Shown: positions 57,549-64,000 of the stretch, piece by piece
Numbering within the stretch: position 1 is the stretch's first letter
Layout: every line of letters begins with the position of its first letter
Sequence record: MT995927.1
Length of the DNA: 64,000 nucleotides
Reading direction: 5' to 3' (one strand)
Notes under the pieces: generated by a model
Databases searched by the model: none
Seen by the model: the letters and a program-made list of their open reading frames with translations, nothing else
What the model was told of the DNA's origin: nothing
Made by a program: the position numbers and the translations under genes

Positions 57549-58202
57549 ATGGCGTCAATCATTAGTCTACCTTTTATCAAACTAGTAATCAGCCGTAATA
57601 ATAATTACACTGTTAACCATCAGTCAGGTGCTGATAATGTACCTCATCTATGTGTTAAAGTAAAACATTCTAACGGTTATGCCTGGTTCGGTATTATCAT
57701 TGTTGATTATGAAAAACGTACCAGTGGTTGGACTGAAGAAGAATTCAATGCAGTTGTAACTCGTTTCCATGAAGCAATGAATTCTCAATGTGATATCCAA
57801 CGATTAGAAACAGACATTAACCGACTAATGGATTCCATCCAAGATGTTGTTACTGGTCGGAAACGACCAACCCTATTCGGCGGTGATAGTAATGACTTCA
57901 TTCAAATGCATCTTCAAAATAATATCCAACTTGATATTTATCGGAATGAAATTAACGAAGATACTCTAACCTATGGTGGGTATCGTGGTAAAGTAAGTCT
58001 TCGCCATGGTTATGAAGAATATAACTTCTTCCTGTACCATCGTGGTATTATTTTAAATCATTACATCGATGCAGAAATCGCTAAAGAGCTAATTGAAGAC
58101 GCTCTTAATAGAACCTTCCCTGAGATCACTTATCTGCCACAAGCTATTGTTGAAACTACGGCAGTTGAGCGTACTCGCAATAGGCATACGGATAGAAACT
58201 GA
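57549..58202 (+). CDS. hypothetical protein
   Basis: 217 aa, AAGGA SD. Confidence 0.8.
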   Translation: MASIISLPFIKLVISRNNNYTVNHQSGADNVPHLCVKVKHSNGYAWFGIIIVDYEKRTSGWTEEEFNAVVTRFHEAMNSQCDIQRLETDINRLMDSIQDVVTGRKRPTLFGGDSNDFIQMHLQNNIQLDIYRNEINEDTLTYGGYRGKVSLRHGYEEYNFFLYHRGIILNHYIDAEIAKELIEDALNRTFPEITYLPQAIVETTAVERTRNRHTDRN

Positions 58203-58204
58203 AA

Positions 58205-58618
58205 ATGTCAAGTCAGCTTATTGTAGTTGATTTACAAAATCCTAGAAATAAACATATATACAGTGAATTAACTCATGAACATCCTAGAACAATAACATCG
58301 CATCTAGTTGAAGAATTAGATGATTTTGATGTTCATCAATATTCATACCAAGCGGAGTATAAATCTGGGATTGATCTTAGATTAATATTCTTTTGGGATG
58401 GACCATACACTGAACCAAGAGAAGAAGGTTACGAACCAACTGATCTAGAGAAAAGGTGTGTGAAGTTGTGTAAGCAATATGAGGCTGCGATTAACGGGCA
58501 ATTATCTGTAGTTGATCACTCTCGGTTCCGGACGGTGTGTACCTTCAGGTCAGATAATAGTTTACCAACAGCTTTAGATTGGATTCATAAAGAACCCCCA
58601 TCTAAAGAGGTTGTGTAA
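58205..58618 (+). CDS. hypothetical protein
   Basis: 137 aa. Confidence 0.75.
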   Translation: MSSQLIVVDLQNPRNKHIYSELTHEHPRTITSHLVEELDDFDVHQYSYQAEYKSGIDLRLIFFWDGPYTEPREEGYEPTDLEKRCVKLCKQYEAAINGQLSVVDHSRFRTVCTFRSDNSLPTALDWIHKEPPSKEVV

Positions 58619-58645
58619 AAAATAGTAAAAGAAATACACTATTCT

Positions 58646-58738
58646 ATGTAGTTCCTTTACGATTGCTCTTTTATCTTAGTTTCAGTTTTGCTGAAGAAGT
58701 ACCAATGAGATACCCTCCCCTGATCGGGGAGGGTTTTT
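58646..58738 (+). ncRNA. candidate small RNA (~90 nt)
   Basis: TATGTAG start (ATG immediately followed by TAG), TTCAG/CTGAA hairpin, closed by terminator 58712..58738. Confidence 0.35.
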
Positions 58739-58759
58739 GACATCTAAGAGGAAAATATA

Positions 58760-59146
58760 ATGTGCAAACAACACCGCGTCGTATCTATGAAAGTTACATG
58801 CACGCAAGCTCGTTATCCGATCGGTCTACGCGATCTCGGATTTGATAATGCTGCTGAAGCTCGGCAATATCTAATGGATGTCGTCGAATACAATATGGAT
58901 CGTCTCCACCCACAGGATGCTGATACATACCAGTTCCAGCTACAGGATCTGCATGATGGTTTTGTAGTTTCTTACGATATCGAACAAAATGGAAGTATTT
59001 GTTTACGATTAACACTAGCTGCTGTGGCATACCTAACAATCGAACTTGATTTGGGTGTTACTAACAAAGAATCTAAATATATTCCTGTTATAATCAAAAA
59101 GTGGATCAATGGTGATTATACTGAAGGAAATAAATACTTACAGTAA
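58760..59146 (+). CDS. hypothetical protein
   Basis: 128 aa, GAGGA SD. Confidence 0.8.
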   Translation: MCKQHRVVSMKVTCTQARYPIGLRDLGFDNAAEARQYLMDVVEYNMDRLHPQDADTYQFQLQDLHDGFVVSYDIEQNGSICLRLTLAAVAYLTIELDLGVTNKESKYIPVIIKKWINGDYTEGNKYLQ

Positions 59147-59151
59147 TACCA

Positions 59152-59272
59152 TATGTAAAGAATTCCCAAATCGGGATCTCCCGGACTATCTCCCTTCAGC
59201 GTTCCCGTCCGCATATGAAGGTGCCGCAGAGATCCCACCTATTATAATAAAGCTCTCCTTCGGGAGAGCTTT
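59152..59272 (+). ncRNA. candidate pseudoknotted small RNA (~120 nt)
   Basis: TATGTAAA start; closing stem 59173-80/59229-36; crossing stems 59182-86/59207-11 and 59193-98/59216-21; terminator 59249..59272. Confidence 0.6.
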
Positions 59273-59310
59273 ATTTCGTTTAGGGCTTTTATGTTATTTG
59301 AGGAGGATAA

Positions 59311-60045
59311 ATGACTTACATTGTTAATGATGGTAAAGTCATGATTGCTGATTGTCTATTAATTACACGTGATACTGCTACTGATGCACTTGGACGATTA
59401 CCAGTGTTAGACAATAAGTATTTGGACCTTAATGCTAGCGCTAAAGGGGTTGATATTTATTATAATGATTGTCACAAAATCATATTTCACCCAACTGCTA
59501 CATGGCGGGGTAAAAGAATTAAAACACTCGCTTTTGCTGGAACCACAGATAATGTTTATGATTTACTGAATTCACTTACAGCTGGTGTTGATTTAAATGA
59601 CTGGTTTAAAGTTGAAGTAAATATCCTGCCAATTTCAGAACGCAGGATATTTAATGGTAAAACTTCAATGATGTATACCATGGAGGATGGCCGCATTTAT
59701 ACAGCTATTCTCAATAATGTTGATATTGACATTACTGAGAAAAAATGGGCACATTTAGGTAGTGGTGTGGATGCAGTGAATAGTGTAATTGATTTTATCC
59801 CTAATTGTAATAATAATGGGATAATTGAACTAACTGCACTAGAAGCATTTGCTATTGCTTGTGCACATACGCACACAGTAAGCCGTAAGTTTGATTATTT
59901 TATCCATGCTACTGGTGAGTATAAACAGAATCAAGAACTATCTACTAGACAACTTAAATGGATCTTAGCTCGTATTCAGAAACGTATGGATCTTACATGT
60001 ATCTACACTGATGTAAAATATGCTAATGATGTATGGAGTGAATAA
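59311..60045 (+). CDS. HslV/proteasome-beta-like Ntn hydrolase
   Basis: N-terminal M-Thr, MIADC, HKII, LAFAG, HLGSG..A, ALEAF.IA. Confidence 0.7.
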   Translation: MTYIVNDGKVMIADCLLITRDTATDALGRLPVLDNKYLDLNASAKGVDIYYNDCHKIIFHPTATWRGKRIKTLAFAGTTDNVYDLLNSLTAGVDLNDWFKVEVNILPISERRIFNGKTSMMYTMEDGRIYTAILNNVDIDITEKKWAHLGSGVDAVNSVIDFIPNCNNNGIIELTALEAFAIACAHTHTVSRKFDYFIHATGEYKQNQELSTRQLKWILARIQKRMDLTCIYTDVKYANDVWSE

Positions 60046-60047
60046 GC

Positions 60048-60557
60048 GTGAATATTTCTAAGATGGGTATGTTAGATTATTCTAGTAATACTTGGGATGA
60101 GTATTATAGTCATGTAAAACAACGTGCAGATGACACGGTTAAGATAATGTATAAACCGGAATATTCTGATCTTATAGACGATGCCTGTAGACCATTGATT
60201 AAATGGTTTAATCAGTTCTCCAATATTGCAACTGTTTATTGTTGTTCTGGTCATGTCGATGAACAGGATGGTGGAAGCTGCGGGTATATTAGTCTACTAT
60301 TTAAGGATACCGTTACAGAGTGCTCTGTGCTGCGTTTACTGCGAGAATCTATGTGTATAGGGCGTATTAGCAAGATTCCATTTGAAATTGAATTAGGTGC
60401 CTATTACGGACATTTACACGATACTATTGATCAAGATCAATGGGTGCCAAATTTAATTATTCGTACTAATAGTTATAAACGTAAATCTACGTATGATAGA
60501 TATTGGCATAAGCTGTACAACATTATTACTAGTTGTAATAAAGAGGGTTTACTGTAA
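60048..60557 (+). CDS. TYW3/Taw3-like phage protein
   Basis: IDDACRPLI..FN....TVYCCSGH. Confidence 0.6.
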   Translation: MNISKMGMLDYSSNTWDEYYSHVKQRADDTVKIMYKPEYSDLIDDACRPLIKWFNQFSNIATVYCCSGHVDEQDGGSCGYISLLFKDTVTECSVLRLLRESMCIGRISKIPFEIELGAYYGHLHDTIDQDQWVPNLIIRTNSYKRKSTYDRYWHKLYNIITSCNKEGLL

Positions 60558-60728
60558 TTAAAACAATGAGATAACTTAATGAGTGATATTACAAATACAT
60601 TATTAGTTAGATTAAAGAGGAAACAAAAAGCTAAGTGTATAGATAAATTACAAAGACTAGGGTTATGGTCTATTCTATTGTTATGCGTAATTAATCTATT
60701 TGTTCAATTAATAAAAGGTATATTCTAA

Positions 60729-61409
60729 ATGTCAGAAAAGCTCAGTTTTGCTGATATATTTAAGATGGCTAAAGAGGAAAATGTTAAGCTTGAATTGCAT
60801 TGTCTAATTGGTACTCGGCCAGTTAGGGGTCTTATTAAAAGTTTAAACTTTAATCCAATCAGACCTGATGTATACGAATCTGTTAATTTATATGTAGATG
60901 TATTTTCTAAGGTAGTAGAGACTAAAATAGATCCATCAAGTACTACTGCTGATTATGGTTGCTGGAGAATGACGCCAGAAACTAAGAATTATGTAGATAG
61001 TAAATATAACTTACCAGAAAAAATGGATATCACTAATCCAGATATCGTTAGGAGTAATATTAATTATTACCTCAGTTTACCTACTAAGGAACGCACTGAG
61101 TTATTTAATAAAATAAATAATCCTAATGTCATTGATGCGATAAACAAAGAATGGTCTAAAATGGTTGTAGAGTATTATCAATCTGAGATCGATTCGTTTA
61201 TTGGATTAATTGATTTCGATCATGTCCTTATCAGTAAGTTCATGGTATTTAACTGGATGGATGATCTGTTTGAATATGCTTTAAATATCCCATTAAAACA
61301 AACCAATACAGTAAATGAAGGCACCTGTTGCTTACTGGTTCACAAAGATAAAAAGGCAACATATACCCATTTTACTGATATTAAAAATCTTATCAAAGTA
61401 AGTGTATAA
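60729..61409 (+). CDS. hypothetical protein
   Basis: 226 aa. Confidence 0.8.
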   Translation: MSEKLSFADIFKMAKEENVKLELHCLIGTRPVRGLIKSLNFNPIRPDVYESVNLYVDVFSKVVETKIDPSSTTADYGCWRMTPETKNYVDSKYNLPEKMDITNPDIVRSNINYYLSLPTKERTELFNKINNPNVIDAINKEWSKMVVEYYQSEIDSFIGLIDFDHVLISKFMVFNWMDDLFEYALNIPLKQTNTVNEGTCCLLVHKDKKATYTHFTDIKNLIKVSV

Positions 61410-61421
61410 TTACGGCATAAA

Positions 61422-61443
61422 CCCCTCTCCACATGGAGAGGGG
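61422..61443. terminator. bidirectional terminator
   Basis: CCCCTCTCC-ACAT-GGAGAGGGG between convergent genes. Confidence 0.8.
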
Positions 61444-61470
61444 CTATGTCTTTATTTTTTTTATTTAAAC

Positions 61471-61860
61471 TCACTTAGAAAAATCTTCTACTGGAATATC
61501 ATCCAGCCAATCATTAAGTAGTTTAAATTGATGAGGGTGTTGCATCTTAGTAACTTTACCATACTTAACACTAACTGCTTTACCAGTAGACACGGCAAGA
61601 TCAACTAGTTTCTTTTCGTATGCATTAAACTCATCATACCACCGAGTATGAATAAGTTTTGCTAGGCGATCGTAAGCCGTCTTTCGATAATGATCTTCTT
61701 GTTCGCGACGTTGTTCATCAAGTAGTTCTTTTTGACGTTGTTCTTGCTGACGCTTTTCTTCTTCCTTTTTCTCTTTCTCTAGTCGTTTCTTCTCAGCAAA
61801 ATATGATAGAACCGGTAGTTTGAAAAGTAGGCTTAGAAGTAGTTGAAAGAATTGTTTCAT
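61471..61860 (-). CDS. N-terminal-hydrophobic, charged coiled-coil protein
   Basis: Start moved to MKQFF (GAGGA SD); amphipathic N-end plus EK/EQ-rich helix. Confidence 0.75.
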   Translation of the reverse strand: MKQFFQLLLSLLFKLPVLSYFAEKKRLEKEKKEEEKRQQEQRQKELLDEQRREQEDHYRKTAYDRLAKLIHTRWYDEFNAYEKKLVDLAVSTGKAVSVKYGKVTKMQHPHQFKLLNDWLDDIPVEDFSK

Positions 61861-61940
61861 TAGTATTTCCTCAGTTTGATTAAATAGATAATTTACAAAT
61901 GGCAATCCGCCTAGTTACATACTAGATAGCTGTAAGTATT

Positions 61941-62351
61941 TTAATCCGTTACAATATCTGGATAACGTTCATCAATTAATGATTTCCTATATGCAAACTC
62001 ACGCACTTCTACCTCTAACTTTTCTTTAGTTGCATCTGTGGTGCCGATTACAATAATTGAATCATCATTAATTGATAACTCTACATCATTATCTTTCCCA
62101 AATACTAATTTAAAAACAGTATTTAATTCATCTAATTGATCTTGAATGGGTACTGTATCATCATGGATTGCCCTAGACGGTTCCTCTAATAGACCCTCTA
62201 GCGCTTTATAAGACTTTATAAAAAGAGTATCATTAAAATCTTCTTTTAGCCATGCTAATTCAAGTGTATATAAATCAACCACTCTATTAAGATTTGAAGT
62301 AGTTATATCTGTTTTCCATTCATAACCTAGATAGTTAGTTTCATTACTCAT
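61941..62351 (-). CDS. acidic hypothetical protein
   Basis: 136 aa, AAGGAG SD. Confidence 0.8.
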   Translation of the reverse strand: MSNETNYLGYEWKTDITTSNLNRVVDLYTLELAWLKEDFNDTLFIKSYKALEGLLEEPSRAIHDDTVPIQDQLDELNTVFKLVFGKDNDVELSINDDSIIVIGTTDATKEKLEVEVREFAYRKSLIDERYPDIVTD

Positions 62352-62393
62352 TATAAACTCCTTTGATTAATACATATTAAATAATCTGGAGTA

Positions 62394-62570
62394 TTATTTC
62401 TTTGTAATACGATAACCAACTGACCACAAATCTACACGGATGAAACCTTTTCCATCATGTTGACCATATACACATACACGTAACATTCTATTGCCTGGCT
62501 TCATGTCAATTCGTGTTATCTCAAATTTATTAGTAATGTATTCTTGGATGATAAATAATAGATGACTCAT
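62394..62570 (-). CDS. 58 aa hypothetical protein
   Basis: MSHLLFIIQEYITNK...YRITKK read by hand; AGGA SD. Confidence 0.65.
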   Translation of the reverse strand: MSHLLFIIQEYITNKFEITRIDMKPGNRMLRVCVYGQHDGKGFIRVDLWSVGYRITKK

Positions 62571-62601
62571 TTTATACTTTCCTGATTAATGACAAACATA
62601 A

Positions 62602-62621
62602 GCCCCTCCATATGGAGGGGC
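62602..62621. terminator. terminator downstream of the tRNA
   Basis: GCCCCTCCA-TA-TGGAGGGGC. Confidence 0.75.
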
Positions 62622-62699
62622 AATATGATTTACTGAGTCTTTCGCGTTCAATCCCATCCTAACTAATATATTTAAGAATAGTTTAAACCTCAGTAAATT

Positions 62700-62776
62700 T
62701 GGTGCCGCCACTCCGAATCGAACGGAGGACCTACGCATTACAAGTGCGTTGCTCTACCTAGCTGAGCTATAGCGGC
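62700..62776 (-). tRNA. trnT: tRNA-Thr(UGU) with encoded CCA
   Basis: Acceptor GCCGCUA/UGGCGGC-A-CCA, D-arm AGCUCAGCUAGGUAGAGC, anticodon loop CUUGUAA, T-loop GUUCGAUUC. Confidence 0.97.
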
Positions 62777-62784
62777 GGAATCTT

Positions 62785-62791
62785 CTACATA
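62785..62791 (-). promoter_or_regulatory. late-type promoter for the tRNA
   Basis: TATGTAG on the - strand, 8 nt upstream of the tRNA 5' end. Confidence 0.6.
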
Positions 62792-62830
62792 TAGTGTATA
62801 TGAAAGTATTATTTTATTATAATAAAGTTA

Positions 62831-62869
62831 TATTTAAAGCATTTTAAACAGTATATTACAAATGTGATA
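62831..62869 (+). promoter_or_regulatory. early promoter cassette, family A
   Basis: 39-bp identity with 42135..42173. Confidence 0.9.
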
Positions 62870-62915
62870 TTACTAAAAGTAATATTTTCTATTAATTGTA
62901 AATAGGGTACTAAAT

Positions 62916-63053
62916 ATGAACATTGATCCAAAAACTCTTGGTATTATTGTTAGCGCCACTATTGGCACCGTAGGTGCTCTTATTCTTACGTATGGTATCG
63001 TGAGAGCAGTACGCGGAAATAATAAACCCGATGTAAAAGATGTAGCAGAGTAA
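62916..63053 (+). CDS. 45 aa early TM micropeptide
   Basis: MNIDPKTLGIIVSATIGTVGALILTYGIVRAVRG..., alone between promoter and terminator. Confidence 0.75.
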   Translation: MNIDPKTLGIIVSATIGTVGALILTYGIVRAVRGNNKPDVKDVAE

Positions 63054-63061
63054 GATAACAT

Positions 63062-63088
63062 AGAGCTAGCCCCTAGTGGGCTAGCTCT
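63062..63088. terminator. bidirectional terminator
   Basis: AGAGCTAGCCC-CTAGT-GGGCTAGCTCT. Confidence 0.85.
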
Positions 63089-63112
63089 TATATTTATTTT
63101 TTTTTATTTGTT

Positions 63113-63784
63113 TTAACTTGGGGTACTATAATAAATAAATTTAGTTAATTCGGCTTCTTGCTCTTTGGCTATATCATTTTTCGTTTGCTTAACATTAGTG
63201 TAAGATTCAATAAATAACCAACGCTGATCATATTCGGCTAAGTCATTGAATTCAATTTTCTCGAATCGCCATGACTGAACAGTGGTTCTAATCAGATTAC
63301 CCGACTTATTAACAATATATCCTTGCATAGTATCAAATAACTTATCCGATTCACCGGGAATAAATATTAGATATACATCATCTGTATTTTTAGTATGCAT
63401 TGATTTTAATTTATAGACACATGGTCTAAAAGAATCATAATCTTTATAATGTTCTTTGATTTCTAGAACAGCATCAATCATCATCTTGGCACTATTTTGA
63501 ATGCCATTATTAAGTAGATATTCATTAAGTTCTTTTAATGAATCATCCGTCAGTGATGCATCTATATGTTCTTCGCTTATAGGATACCTATAAACTAATT
63601 TATTAATAGCTGAATTAACAATATTTAGTTTATCAACATCATGAACTACTAATGTTTGCTTACCAACTTTTATTTTTAATCCTTTATTTGAATTATTAAT
63701 AAAGTTGTCTAGATCTACTTCAGTAAAATGAAAAGCCATTTTAATCACCTTTATGTTTTCCGTAGTGTTAAATTTTATTAACAC
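63113..63784 (-). CDS. hypothetical protein (start may be ATG 63739)
   Basis: 223 aa ORF. Confidence 0.75.
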   Translation of the reverse strand: MLIKFNTTENIKVIKMAFHFTEVDLDNFINNSNKGLKIKVGKQTLVVHDVDKLNIVNSAINKLVYRYPISEEHIDASLTDDSLKELNEYLLNNGIQNSAKMMIDAVLEIKEHYKDYDSFRPCVYKLKSMHTKNTDDVYLIFIPGESDKLFDTMQGYIVNKSGNLIRTTVQSWRFEKIEFNDLAEYDQRWLFIESYTNVKQTKNDIAKEQEAELTKFIYYSTPS

Positions 63785-63859
63785 CCGGTTTCTAGTTGAG
63801 TTATATGTAGGGTTAACCTACAAATAATATTGACTTTATGTATAATTTTACTTATAAAT

Positions 63860-63883
63860 AGACCCCTCTATATAGAGGGGTCT
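63860..63883. terminator. terminator
   Basis: AGACCCCTCTA-TA-TAGAGGGGTCT. Confidence 0.8.
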
Positions 63884-64000
63884 TATGTCGTATAAAGTTA
63901 TTTTAGTATAGGTCTAAATACAAACATCACATCAACTGCATTAGCTATGTCAACATCATGTTCAATACCATCGTTATCGATAGCAACTAGCATGGTATTA

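Noticed and set aside
59182-59221. HDV/theta-ribozyme assignment
   Set aside because: An L3-like TTCCCGT is present, but P3 does not close and the P1.1 G residues and J4/2 are missing
59109-59327. 72 aa ORF across the structured RNA
   Set aside because: GTG start without SD, overlaps the upstream gene and reads through a terminator; stop avoidance is explained by local GC richness
61471-61860. Holin or spanin
   Set aside because: Only one short amphipathic segment, no lipobox, and no lysis genes nearby
62628-62698. Hammerhead ribozyme in the tRNA trailer (CUGA...GAAA)
   Set aside because: Core reads CUGAGGU, not CUGANGA, and stems II/III cannot be formed
1-64000. CRISPR array or REP/BIME from repeated CCCTCCCTTCGGGGAGGG
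   Set aside because: Copies are dispersed at gene ends with no regular spacers; they are terminators

Overview
64 kb of an AT-rich, densely coded lytic jumbo-phage genome. Gene content and order, the TATATTAC early-promoter motif and TATG-type late starts all point to a phiKZ-like Pseudomonas phage (Phikzvirus). From memory of phiKZ plus gene counting, not from a database search, the window covers roughly phiKZ gp197-gp303. About 90% of genes are small + strand early/middle ORFs, organised in cassettes bounded by GC-rich hairpin terminators. A - strand late block (3.1-7.7 kb) holds a SNF2 helicase and two probable virion proteins. Recognisable genes: DEDDh exonuclease, DprA/SLOG-like protein, two AAA+ ATPases (one a full Bcs1 homologue), dCTP deaminase, SspB-like ClpX adaptor, RlaP-type nucleotidyltransferase, RelA/SpoT-type HD hydrolase, Zn deaminase, two adjacent ADP-ribosyltransferase-fold genes, an HslV/proteasome-like Ntn protease, a TYW3-like protein and tRNA-Thr(UGU). 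Thymidylate synthase is split by a T4 td-like group IA2 intron carrying a GIY-YIG homing endonuclease. The least explained signals are three. First, ORF-less, late-promoter-led, terminator-closed structured RNAs at 7691-7938 and 59152-59272 (a weaker third at 58646-58738); the first two share their start and end sequences. Second, an early-expressed array of exported two-cysteine paralogues at 36-39 kb. Third, the Bcs1-like membrane AAA protein. All family calls are by-eye motif matches; no searches or folding programs were run.
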